Origin: Candidatus Hydrogenedentota bacterium
GTDB lineage: Bacteria; Hydrogenedentota; Hydrogenedentia; Hydrogenedentales; SLHB01
Assembly (NCBI GenBank): GCA_034408725.1
Contig: JAWXCN010000165.1
Coordinates: forward strand, 1 to 30,120
Direction of reading: 5' to 3'
Length of the DNA: 30,120 bases
The notes under the pieces were generated by a model that searched no databases, was not told the DNA's origin, and saw nothing but the letters and a program-made list of their open reading frames with translations. The position numbers and the translations under genes were made by a program. Shown here piece by piece: positions 1-9,031 of the stretch (position 1 is the first letter of the stretch; every line of letters starts with the position of its first letter).

Positions 1-250
1 GGATTGCATGAAGTCTCGACCCGTTGCATCGCGCTGCTGCATTCCTAAAGTGAAAGCGGTAGCTACCCGCTACCGCTTTCCAAAATGGGCTGACCGTTGC
101 GTTTGGAAAGTACGGTATTTGGACTGCGGTGGCGAAGCGGGTAGCGCAGCTACCGCTTTCACTTCGGATTGCATGAAGTCTCGACCCGTTGCATCGCGCT
201 GCTGCATTCTTAAAATGAAAGCGGCAGCTCCGCCGCCGCACTCCAAGGCG
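1..250. repeat. REP/REPIN-like element family A: two tandem units, the first truncated by the window edge
   Basis: Bases 1-44 recur at 166-209 (period 165). Arms TTGGACTGCGG..AGCTACCGCTTTCA and TGAAAGCGGCAGCT..CCGCACTCCAA are imperfect inverted repeats. A related copy lies at 7412-7548. Confidence 0.85.
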
Positions 251-263
251 TTCCCCCGTGAAT

Positions 264-300
264 AAAAAAAGGGCGGGAATGTCTCGCGACATGCCCGCCC
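264..300 (-). terminator. Rho-independent terminator of the 333-791 gene
   Basis: The minus strand reads GGGCGGGCATGTC-GCGA-GACATTCCCGCCC followed by T7. Confidence 0.85.
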
Positions 301-332
301 AATTTACTGAAATGTTCTCGTAATGTGCGAAA

Positions 333-791
333 TTACGGGACCATTGCGAAACCGTACGCCGCGTTGGAGCCGGCTGCGCCACCCACGAATACGCGGACAG
401 CACCGCTCGGCGGGACTGCATCAGTGAACAGGATCGTTGCCGAACCTGCACCCGCTGCGCCCGACGCGTTCGGGATCGAACTACCTACACCCTCGTTGGC
501 ATCCGTAGCAACAGGACGCCAGCCACGGGCTGCGTTAGCCGGAATCGCGAACGTCTGGGCACCACCGCGCGCTGTGCCGTCGTTTGCGAAGTACAGGATC
601 GTGTACACGTTCGTCGCGTTGGTGTTGTTGTGCAGCGTCAAAAACGTTGCAGCAAACTGACCCGTCGTCGGGAACAACTGCGAGTTGGTACCGCCTGCGC
701 CATCGCTGAACGCCGCCACACCCATCGTGCCCGCGCTCGCCGCGAGTGCACCGAACATGATTACCGATGCGAACAAAGCTAGCTTCTTCAT
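333..791 (-). CDS. Secreted Gly/Ala/Thr-rich protein of unknown function (152 aa)
   Basis: ATG at 791 follows a strong SD (AAGGAGGTG). Sec signal MKKLALFASVIMFGALAASA. Terminator downstream. The 980 start in the ORF track is an unlikely extension. Confidence 0.85.
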   Translation of the reverse strand: MKKLALFASVIMFGALAASAGTMGVAAFSDGAGGTNSQLFPTTGQFAATFLTLHNNTNATNVYTILYFANDGTARGGAQTFAIPANAARGWRPVATDANEGVGSSIPNASGAAGAGSATILFTDAVPPSGAVRVFVGGAAGSNAAYGFAMVP

Positions 792-1016
792 TCTTTCACC
801 TCCTTGCTCCGTTAAGAAACTGCATATCAGGCAGTTGGACCGTGCTTTCTCGACAGTGGCTTTGCTGCGGGAATCACTACACCCCTCATTAATTTCCCCG
901 AAGAATCTGAAGACCCGTGCAGCCCTAATCCGCAGCCACCCTCTCGTATCGACACTCCCCATATCACCTACGTCCCGCACAAACGGAACGATACGCAGCT
1001 GGTTCTTTGCAGGTGA

Positions 1017-1045
1017 AGATTAGCATACCAATTGAAATATGTCAA
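1017..1045 (-). promoter_or_regulatory. Sigma70-type promoter with extended -10
   Basis: The minus strand reads TTGACA-N17-TAATCT, with TG-n before the -10. Confidence 0.7.
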
Positions 1046-1135
1046 TAAGAGTATCGGCGCATACCACACACGCTAACTCGTTACTTTTCAATTGTTTCTA
1101 AAAAAGCGGAAGGGCGGATACGCCGCGGCGCGGAC

Positions 1136-2608
1136 TCATTTCACGTACCCCATAGTGCGAAGATTTTCTTCTTGCTCGGGGGTGAGTCCAGTTGACGTCG
1201 AGACGGTCTGGAGCAAAGGATGTTCCTTATTTCGCGCGACAAATTCTGCAAGTGCTTCAGTAAGAGTATGTTGTGAGCTATTGAGTACGGTGCCTGAAGC
1301 TTCGCCAGGGTCGTTCTCAAGGTCAAATAACGTGCTCACGCCCGCCTTGTGGTCAACGAGCAGCTTCTGGCCCTCCTTCACGACCGCTTCCAGATCGCGG
1401 TTCGAGCCCGACATCGACATCTTGGTCGAAGAGAATACTGGGCGATCCGCAGGCAATGCTGCCGACCCGATGTTTGCCCCCTGCCATTCGGATTTGGCGG
1501 GTAGTCCCAGCAACGCAGCGCAAGTCGGCAGCAGGTCTATGGTCTCGACCGGCGCGTCAATTTGCCGGGGAGGTCGCCCAGGCGCATGGATAATCAAGGG
1601 CACACGCGTTAATTCCTCATACACTGTCTTGCCGTGTCCAATTGATCCATGCTCCCACAATTCCTCGCCATGATCGGAAGTAAATACTATGATTGTTTCG
1701 GGGTAGCGTTCGCGCACGTGGCGAATGAGCCGGGATACTTCGGCGTCGAGATGCAGCGACGAAGCGTCGTACTTCGCGCGAACGTATTCCTCGCCGTTTT
1801 TAGAGAGGTTGCCATATTTCCGTTGCGTAGTAAGGCCGACCTCGAAAAAAATCCGATCGCGATAGCTTTCGCCATAATCCTTGAGCAGTGCCGCATCCTG
1901 TTCAGAAAGTTCGGGCAACGGCCCGATTTTCTCCACGTACTCATCTGGCGCGGTGTACGGCGCGTGCGTATCCATATAGTGCGCGTAGAAAAAAAAGGGA
2001 GGCCCAAGTTCCGCCATCGCCGTGATCGCGTAATCCGTAATCTCATTGGCCTTAAACTCCGGAAAGCGTTTTACCTCGAACGAATCGAAGCCCTGCGCAA
2101 ACCCGAAGTGCGAAGTAATGTTCGCGTTGGATTGCACCGCGCCCGTACTGTAGCCATTCGCGGCAAAATATTCGGCCATGGTCTCGAGTCCGGGCGGCAA
2201 CACATTTGTTTGCGGGAGTTTCTCCGCACGAATCTCACCTTCAATGCCATACAACACATTGTGCACGCCGGGATACAACGACGTGAAAATAGACGCCATG
2301 GAAGGCTTCGTCCAAGTCGACTGCGTGCGTGCAGCACGGTAATCCCATGATTCAGCCGCGAATTCCGCAAGATTGGGCATTAACGCGATGTCGTTGCGCC
2401 GTTTTGTGATCTGATCGGCGCGCAAGGTGTCGGCAAGGATGAACAGTACATTCGGAAGGCGGGATTGCTGCGTATTTGGCGACGCCGGCGCTTGGACTTC
2501 AGTGGGTTGGGAACACCCGCAGAATATCGCCAACATGAAAAGAGGCGCCAAATTCTTGAACCGGCACAAAGATTGGACAGCATGGATATTCATGCTGGGA
2601 TGATACAC
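1136..2608 (-). CDS. Sulfatase-like (alkaline phosphatase superfamily) protein, probable lipoprotein
   Basis: Motifs PNVLFILADTLRAD, STWTKPSMAS, HYMDTHAPY, TSDHGEE..HG..GHG and C-terminal LRTMGY. Hydrophobic N-terminus ending in FCGC. The start may be 2593. Confidence 0.85.
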   Translation of the reverse strand: MYHPSMNIHAVQSLCRFKNLAPLFMLAIFCGCSQPTEVQAPASPNTQQSRLPNVLFILADTLRADQITKRRNDIALMPNLAEFAAESWDYRAARTQSTWTKPSMASIFTSLYPGVHNVLYGIEGEIRAEKLPQTNVLPPGLETMAEYFAANGYSTGAVQSNANITSHFGFAQGFDSFEVKRFPEFKANEITDYAITAMAELGPPFFFYAHYMDTHAPYTAPDEYVEKIGPLPELSEQDAALLKDYGESYRDRIFFEVGLTTQRKYGNLSKNGEEYVRAKYDASSLHLDAEVSRLIRHVRERYPETIIVFTSDHGEELWEHGSIGHGKTVYEELTRVPLIIHAPGRPPRQIDAPVETIDLLPTCAALLGLPAKSEWQGANIGSAALPADRPVFSSTKMSMSGSNRDLEAVVKEGQKLLVDHKAGVSTLFDLENDPGEASGTVLNSSQHTLTEALAEFVARNKEHPLLQTVSTSTGLTPEQEENLRTMGYVK

Positions 2609-2635
2609 GACGGACGACCCGCCGGAAACGCCAGG

Positions 2636-5086
2636 TCACTGACGCGCCGCGAAAATCCTGTAGGACTTTCCGTCGTCTGCATGTTCCCAGACCCAGACAT
2701 CGATACGCCGCAGGTCTGCGTCAACGGAAACGTCAACCTGGCGCGTTTCCCGGGGAGCGAGGGATAGCGCAGCGGACCAGGGATTTGCGTACTCGATCAC
2801 GCCGTTCGCGCGGATTCGCGTGAATGCCAAGGCGGCAATATCGGCATATTCCGGAAGCGAAATGCCATCGGAGGTCGCCGTAATATCCAAAGGCGTTTCC
2901 AAACCCACGCCTCCCACATCCCGGCCGTGCAACCAATTCCATTCCCAAGGGGAAGGAGGCGCGGTATCTCCAGAAGCGTAAAGGACGAACTCACCGAATC
3001 GAATCTCCAGACCGGACCGCCGCCGAATCTGATCTCCCGGCGTGCCCAATGTCAGAATCCGGGTCGCATAGTCGCCAGCCGACAGGCTGGCGCGCCGTGT
3101 CAACCGCCCCATCCCCGCCGACTCGAAATGCGCCGACGCCACGGACATATCGTAACTGGACGGCGGAGGATCCGGATTGTGTTGGCCGAAAACGTGCCAG
3201 ATTTCGTCCGCGGGATCGGACTCGTAGAAGGAAGGCACGTCGATGAGCATATCCGACGGCACGACGTGCAGCCGGGCATCGACCGGACTTTTCGACGTGT
3301 TTTCGATGCGGAACGATGCCAAGCGAGTCGCATCGGTATCCGAAAGTATCAAGTCTGGCGCACCCTGACCCGGCTCCGCCCAACTGACCACAAGGCTTCC
3401 CTTGCGCTGCTCGTCCGGAAGCGGAACCAGTGTATTGTCGATTCTTAATTTGCGGTACGCCCGCTCACTTCCCTCATATGTAACGTCGGCGACAACGCCA
3501 TTGTCGTGATCGCGGGTGACAGGGATCGCGTCGTCGGGCCGTGCGTATAAGAGCACCTCGAGCCCAAGGAACGAGTGCCGTTCAATCTCGCTGAAATGGG
3601 CGTCCATCCAGCGGTAAGCGTCCGTCGCATTACCGGTAAGATATTTGCGTTCCCATTCACCGAATATAAACCAAACCCGTTTTGCGTCTTTTGTGATCGA
3701 CTGCGGCTCGCGGGGCCAGTAATTCTCCATAAACGGGACATCGCTGTTTCGCGGGTTCCCCATTTCAATATCGGCAATGAACTTTCCGCTAACGCCCGCG
3801 AAATAACTCGGCATGCCGCGGAACCCGTACCAGCAGTGGGGCAACCACGTTGCCGCGGAACAATGAACGGCGACATCGCCGTCCTGCCAGTGGGCCAAAA
3901 TGTACTCCGCGGATTTTGCATAGTCGCGCGGCGGATGCGTGCCGGGGCGGTGCGGAAAATCGAGCGCGGGATAATCGCGCAAATAATGATGGTATAAACC
4001 GGCGCCGGCCACACACACGACGAACAGCGACGCGATTGCGTTAAGCGCGGCGGGACGCACGCGCGCGAGCCCGACACCCGCGAGCAGGTAGAGCGCCATG
4101 GCATATGGCAGCATGGCCCGAATCAGAAAGATGCTTTCGGTCGTTAAAGAAATGACGTACACAATGGCGACGGGACCAATCGCCCAACTCAGCACCAGCG
4201 CGGCCGCGCGGCGGTTCGCCCCCCATGCGGCCGCGGCGCCTAGAACCACCAAAACGAGATAGACTACAAACGCGATCTTGAACCAGAATTCGGGCGCGGT
4301 ATAGCCAAAGGCCACCGCCTTAAAATAGAACCCAACGCCGGCCGGGCTTGGGGGTTGGACCCACCAGTTCTCGGCTTTCACCATCGTGCCCACGGCCTTG
4401 CGCAACATGATGCTGAACCACGGCAGAAACAGCAGCGCGCCAAGTGCGTTGCCCGCTAACCAGCGCCGCCACATGCCCGGCTTCGACCGAAGCAGCGGGA
4501 ACGCCCAAAAATTGATCGCCACGAGCAACGGGCCGACGAATATTTCGGTGTAACAGGCCAGCCCCGCCAGCACGCCATAAACCATCCAGTCTCGCGTTCG
4601 ATTTGATTCCACGGCGCGATAAAACCAATGGACCATGACAATCGCGACGCACGGGAGATAGATGTATTCTTTGAGGTCCTGGGAGTGATACACGTGCAAT
4701 GGAGCTATCGCAAGCAAAAATGCGGCAAACAGACCCGCGCGAGTTCCGAACAACCGGCGGCCCAGCACAAACATTGCGCCCACCGCGCCAACTCCAAACG
4801 CGACCGGCAAGAGCCGCATGCTCCATTCGCTCGCCCCAAAGCCGAGTGCGCGCCAAAGCGCCACCAGCAGATACGGCAGCGGAGGATGATTCGAAATCAG
4901 GTTGCCGTGAACGACAAGCGCGTATACGTCTTCGCTTGCGATCAGGTTATGGACTTCGTCGTGCCAGTACGAAAACGTGCCCAAACGGATCAGGCGCAAC
5001 GCGAAAGCCAACACGAGCACCGCGCCCAATATGATTTGTTCACCGCGTCGCAAGGCGGGCGCGGCCAATGGAGTATCCGTAGTCAT
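2636..5086 (-). CDS. GT-C fold glycosyltransferase (PMT_2/GT39/ArnT-like) with a large C-terminal extracytoplasmic domain
   Basis: First TM helix followed by SYWHDE, then HPPL and MRLLPV. Many TM helices and a soluble tail of roughly 450 aa. Confidence 0.8.
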   Translation of the reverse strand: MTTDTPLAAPALRRGEQIILGAVLVLAFALRLIRLGTFSYWHDEVHNLIASEDVYALVVHGNLISNHPPLPYLLVALWRALGFGASEWSMRLLPVAFGVGAVGAMFVLGRRLFGTRAGLFAAFLLAIAPLHVYHSQDLKEYIYLPCVAIVMVHWFYRAVESNRTRDWMVYGVLAGLACYTEIFVGPLLVAINFWAFPLLRSKPGMWRRWLAGNALGALLFLPWFSIMLRKAVGTMVKAENWWVQPPSPAGVGFYFKAVAFGYTAPEFWFKIAFVVYLVLVVLGAAAAWGANRRAAALVLSWAIGPVAIVYVISLTTESIFLIRAMLPYAMALYLLAGVGLARVRPAALNAIASLFVVCVAGAGLYHHYLRDYPALDFPHRPGTHPPRDYAKSAEYILAHWQDGDVAVHCSAATWLPHCWYGFRGMPSYFAGVSGKFIADIEMGNPRNSDVPFMENYWPREPQSITKDAKRVWFIFGEWERKYLTGNATDAYRWMDAHFSEIERHSFLGLEVLLYARPDDAIPVTRDHDNGVVADVTYEGSERAYRKLRIDNTLVPLPDEQRKGSLVVSWAEPGQGAPDLILSDTDATRLASFRIENTSKSPVDARLHVVPSDMLIDVPSFYESDPADEIWHVFGQHNPDPPPSSYDMSVASAHFESAGMGRLTRRASLSAGDYATRILTLGTPGDQIRRRSGLEIRFGEFVLYASGDTAPPSPWEWNWLHGRDVGGVGLETPLDITATSDGISLPEYADIAALAFTRIRANGVIEYANPWSAALSLAPRETRQVDVSVDADLRRIDVWVWEHADDGKSYRIFAARQ

Positions 5087-5165
5087 CAGCGCGGCATTCT
5101 ACTGTGAAAACTTGCCGCAAGTGTAGTAGTCTCCGCGCGGGATTCGGCCAACCAGCGGACAGCGC

Positions 5166-6809
5166 ATGATCCATTCGTCGAAACAAAAGATGATTTATCG
5201 CGAAGCCGCGTGGGTCGTGGTTGTTGCGAGCATCGTCTTCGCTTTGTCTCAAATTCCGTATTCCGCGGCGGACCGGCACACGCCCAAGGGGGAAATGTTC
5301 CTCGGCCAGGTCGCCCTTGCCGATGACGTCAACAGCTACTATTCGTTCATCCGCCAGGCCGCGCAGGGGCATTGGGTGTTCCGCAACACCATGACCTACA
5401 TCGATCATGCGCCCGTTTTTGTAAACATCGAATGGTTGGCCCTCGGAAAGTGCATGCGATGGTTCGGATGGTCACCTCGGACCACGTTTGATGCATGGCG
5501 TGTCGCGGGGGTATTTATGCTGCTCGGAGCGTTTGCCGCGCTCGCGCACGTATCATTGCGCTCCGAACTGCACCGGCGCGCCGCGCTGATGATGTGCGCG
5601 ATCGGCGGCGGATTCGGCTGGCTTCTCGCGCTGCTTATGCAGGCCGGCGTCATGCACGCTCCGGACGGGCCGGACATGCTTAACCCCGCGCTGGATTTGT
5701 TCGCGGGCATACAACCGTTTGTGCAGCTCACCCGCAACCCGCATTTTTCGTTGCCGCACGGCACGTTCATCCTGATGTGCATGTTCATGATCATCGGCGA
5801 AAATACCCGCAACCCGCGCTGGTACGCCGTGGCCGCGCTTTCGGCGCTTATACATGGATTGATCCGGCCGTATGACCTTATCAGTCTCTTCGTGATGATT
5901 CCCGTGTTCGTCGCGACCGAAAGCGCTGTTGCCCGGCGCCTTGATCTGCGATGGGCTGCGGTTCGATGTCTTCCATTGGCCGTCGCCGCGCCGGTGCTTT
6001 TGTATTACGTCTACATTTTTTCCGTTCATCCAGTATTTCGTTTTTGGGCTTCACAGGGTGACCAACCCTTTGTGCCGCTCCACTGGCACTTGCTCAGCCT
6101 TGGTATCGCGTTTCCGTTGTTCGCATACCGCATTGCGCGGTGGCGCGCGCAGCCGCTTGCATCTCCAGGGGAGCGTTTTCTCGCGGTGTGGGCGGTCGTA
6201 ATTCTGCTACTGTTCCACTCCTACAAATTCGTTCCTTTCATGCCGTACACGCCGCAGCTCGGCGTGCCACTCATGACCCCCCTTATTCTATTGGGTGTGA
6301 CGGTGCTGCCGGGCGTGCGAACGAGCGCGCGCGCGGTGACTATCGCAGCATTGTTGATTTCGCTTAACGCGCTCAGCACCCCCGTTTACCTGCGCCGGGA
6401 ATTGCACAATGCTCCGCGTGAAGGCCATCTCTACATACGCAACGTGGACCTCGACGCAGTCGATTGGGCCAATCGCAATATTAAGGAATCCGGCGTGGTG
6501 CTCGCCCGCTATGCGGTTGGAACCCAAATCAGCCAATTCCTCAACGCGCGCGTGGCCGTGGGGCACTGGGCGTTGTCGCCACACGTGGAAACCCTGAATC
6601 CTCGTATTAACCATCTACTTAGTGGAGAATTGGCCCCGGAGGATGCCCATATTCTAATTGACGAAATACAACCACGGTTCCTATACGTTGATCTTCCTGA
6701 ATCGCGCGCGGACACCGCCTACCTTGCAGCTTTGGGTTTCCGCAGCGTATACGAAAACTCGGGAGTCCGAATGTATGAAAATACCACTAAACCCGTCTTG
6801 ACAGATTAA
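5166..6809 (+). CDS. Polytopic membrane protein, probable GT-C-type glycosyltransferase
   Basis: Acidic DD motif in the loop after the first TM helix (DDVNSYYSFIRQ), PHF and RPYD motifs, many TM helices, and a small C-terminal domain ending VYENSGVRMY. Confidence 0.65.
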   Translation: MIHSSKQKMIYREAAWVVVVASIVFALSQIPYSAADRHTPKGEMFLGQVALADDVNSYYSFIRQAAQGHWVFRNTMTYIDHAPVFVNIEWLALGKCMRWFGWSPRTTFDAWRVAGVFMLLGAFAALAHVSLRSELHRRAALMMCAIGGGFGWLLALLMQAGVMHAPDGPDMLNPALDLFAGIQPFVQLTRNPHFSLPHGTFILMCMFMIIGENTRNPRWYAVAALSALIHGLIRPYDLISLFVMIPVFVATESAVARRLDLRWAAVRCLPLAVAAPVLLYYVYIFSVHPVFRFWASQGDQPFVPLHWHLLSLGIAFPLFAYRIARWRAQPLASPGERFLAVWAVVILLLFHSYKFVPFMPYTPQLGVPLMTPLILLGVTVLPGVRTSARAVTIAALLISLNALSTPVYLRRELHNAPREGHLYIRNVDLDAVDWANRNIKESGVVLARYAVGTQISQFLNARVAVGHWALSPHVETLNPRINHLLSGELAPEDAHILIDEIQPRFLYVDLPESRADTAYLAALGFRSVYENSGVRMYENTTKPVLTD

Positions 6810-6826
6810 GTAAAGGCTGCTACCGT
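6798..6826 (+). promoter_or_regulatory. Putative sigma70 promoter for the lipoprotein gene
   Basis: TTGACA-N17-TACCGT with TG-n before the -10. Confidence 0.45.
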
Positions 6827-6927
6827 CACTCTAGGAAATCACTGGCCGCTGGGGCCTGATGTGCTGGTGATGGTTGAAGAATGTTCTGGGGAAACAACCG
6901 CGCACCTTGCGCAATCGAGAGGTCCTT

Positions 6928-7347
6928 ATGAAAGTACTACGTGGTCGTATCGTTGTCGTCTTGTTGGTTTGCGCCGTTTCGATGGCGCTGGTGGGTTGTC
7001 CGCGAGGGGGCCGGACCCTTCTGCGAGTGGACAACAACACGAAGCTCGGTGTCACCTCGCTTCACATTGTTGAAACCGGTGACGACAGTTGGGGCAAGCC
7101 CGACATCAAATCAATTCCAATGGATACATCGTGCAGGACAATCGTGAAGGGTGATGTTGTGGACATCCTCGTCCAGTTTGCCACGCCGCAACCGCAAGCG
7201 AAAGGCGACTGCGTTATCTACAACACCTCGATCGAAATCTACGGTTGGGACCCGACGGAATCGATGCACGTGCTCGCGCTAAGCCAGATCGACGCATGCA
7301 CCGATGTCTACTACGAGTTCGATCCGGAAGACGAGACAGACAACTAA
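6928..7347 (+). CDS. Hypothetical lipoprotein (139 aa)
   Basis: GAGAGG SD before ATG 6928. Signal peptide II with lipobox LVGC followed by P. Confidence 0.75.
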   Translation: MKVLRGRIVVVLLVCAVSMALVGCPRGGRTLLRVDNNTKLGVTSLHIVETGDDSWGKPDIKSIPMDTSCRTIVKGDVVDILVQFATPQPQAKGDCVIYNTSIEIYGWDPTESMHVLALSQIDACTDVYYEFDPEDETDN

Positions 7348-7372
7348 ACCGCGAATCCCACGCGATTCAATC

Positions 7373-7406
7373 CAAAGGCCCGCCATGCGCGGGCCTTTGC
7401 TATTTT
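7373..7406 (+). terminator. Terminator-like hairpin
   Basis: CAAAGGCCCGC-CATGC-GCGGGCCTTTG followed by CTATTTT. Confidence 0.65.
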
Positions 7407-7411
7407 GGAAT

Positions 7412-7548
7412 GCCTTGGACTGCGGTAGCGCAGTCCGCTTCGGACGCAGCTACCGCTTTCAATTCGGATTGCAAGAAGTCTCGACCGCTCCTTCGTGCTG
7501 CTGCTTTCTTAAAGTGAAAGCGGCAGCTCCCCAGCCGCACTCCAAGGC
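7412..7548. repeat. REP/REPIN-like element family A
   Basis: Terminal inverted repeat GCCTTGGA..TCCAAGGC. Arms and internal spacer align with 119-250. Confidence 0.85.
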
Positions 7549-7551
7549 GCA

Positions 7552-8769
7552 CTACTCCGGCGGTATCACACACGTACCGTCGTTATACCGCGAAAACAGC
7601 ACCAATAACCTCGCGCTCATTTGATACGAAAGTAGACCGCCCTCGACGCGGTTGGCGCGCAGATAGGCGTTGTTTACCGCGAGGCTCATCGATTGCACCG
7701 GCCCGCGGAACACGCTCCAATAGGCGCGCCCATAGTAAACGTCCTGCTCGACGCCGGGGCAACGCAACTCGATGATAGCGCGCGCCGCCTTCGCATCAAC
7801 GCGCATCAATTCGCTCAACAATTGGCGTTGCGCAAACAGGTACCCGGAATAGCGCACATAGGGGTCATCGCTAAGAATGCACGCCAGGAACCCAAGAAAA
7901 TTTGCTTCATCCTCGCTCGTCACGCAACGCTGATGCGCCTTCTCGTGGGCGATCGTCAACGGCCGCTGGAACGGCGGCGATTCCGCGTTGTAGTTCGCCT
8001 CGCCAGTCCATGGCGAGTAGAATCCCGCAATACCCAGGTTGCTCATGACCCGCGAAGCGGCCACTGCCTTGGCGGGACCGCGGGATTGCGCGAACGACTC
8101 GCCCAAGCCGAGCACTGCGGCGGCGCGCCGGTAGCCTTCATCAATGCTTTGGTCCAGTTCCGCCGCCGGTGTCATAGGGCGCGAATGGACCCCGGCATCG
8201 CGCGTGCCCATGGCCTGTTCGTAATAATAGTTCGTAACAAATACAAGCTGTGTGCAGAGCGACACCAATTCCACATGGTCTTCACGGGAACCCAGGCGCG
8301 GCAGCGTCGAGAGAGTCGAATCGTCCCAGCCGACCCTTCCCGGCAAATCGGTGCGGGCGTAATTGACACCCCAAAGCGCGTAGAAGAGGGCAATAGTAAT
8401 GCCCGCTGCCCCGGCCGTTCGCGTCAATCCGCAGGCAATGGCATTACTCGCATGACGGCGCTTTCGCACAATATCCATGATCGATGGAACAAGGGGAACC
8501 AGCAACCACAGGCCCGCCAGTGCGAGCATCACTTCAATTACACTGAAGGTCACCCGCCCCGAACCCAGGGCGAGCACCCCGGTAGCCCACGCGCTAAATC
8601 CGCTGGCGTACGCCCATTCCACGAAAGCGGGGAAAAACGACGCAACTTCGCACACCAGCATCATCGCAAATGCGGCGAGAAGCCCGGCCACGCCCCAGCG
8701 CCAGCGGGGCGCCCGGTCCTTCGGGCGTGTCGCCGGGATACGCGCAATGAGTGATAGCAAGAGTTTCAT
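7552..8769 (-). CDS. DUF3810-like membrane-anchored zincin metallopeptidase
   Basis: N-terminal TM helices, WGVNY.R, GFYSPWTGEAN, HEKAH (HEXXH) and EDEANF. Start uncertain (8769 or 8805). Confidence 0.8.
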   Translation of the reverse strand: MKLLLSLIARIPATRPKDRAPRWRWGVAGLLAAFAMMLVCEVASFFPAFVEWAYASGFSAWATGVLALGSGRVTFSVIEVMLALAGLWLLVPLVPSIMDIVRKRRHASNAIACGLTRTAGAAGITIALFYALWGVNYARTDLPGRVGWDDSTLSTLPRLGSREDHVELVSLCTQLVFVTNYYYEQAMGTRDAGVHSRPMTPAAELDQSIDEGYRRAAAVLGLGESFAQSRGPAKAVAASRVMSNLGIAGFYSPWTGEANYNAESPPFQRPLTIAHEKAHQRCVTSEDEANFLGFLACILSDDPYVRYSGYLFAQRQLLSELMRVDAKAARAIIELRCPGVEQDVYYGRAYWSVFRGPVQSMSLAVNNAYLRANRVEGGLLSYQMSARLLVLFSRYNDGTCVIPPE

Positions 8770-8909
8770 ACTGCCCACATTACGTTCGCATGCGGCCTCC
8801 CTCATCGGATACCGCGCGACGCTTCACTGGCTGATAGTATACCCTATGCGTTCCGTTAGTTTTGCCGTTCCCCCCTGTGCGACCGGGTAGATCGCTTACA
8901 CTTTAGAAT

Positions 8910-8974
8910 GGCGGGTAGGAAAACCCGCCCTCCGTAAGGAGAGTCCTCGTTCCCAAATTTCCATTTGGGAATGC
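8910..8974. repeat. Cluster of short hairpins (REP-like) upstream of DUF1501
   Basis: GGCGGGT-AGGAAA-ACCCGCC, CTCC-GTAA-GGAG and TTCCCAAAT-TTCC-ATTTGGGAA. Each is single-copy in this window. Confidence 0.45.
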
Positions 8975-9031
8975 GCTCTTGAAAAGCTCCACTTTGATCT
9001 TGCTTAATTCACGAACTAAAGGCTCGGACCC

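Noticed and set aside
20-30. CCCGTTGCATC shared between repeat family A and ECF promoter copy 3
   Set aside because: The match is only 11 nt and lacks the AAACC box, so it is probably chance.
8-265. 85-aa ORF with an internal repeat
   Set aside because: It is only the translation of the family A repeat.
792-980. N-terminal extension of the secreted protein
   Set aside because: The strong SD and the signal peptide both start at 791.
7693-8754. Long antisense ORFs (also 1649-2350, 14105-14773, 14940-15776, 16653-17441 and others)
   Set aside because: They are shadows of real genes in GC-rich DNA, with no motifs or credible starts.
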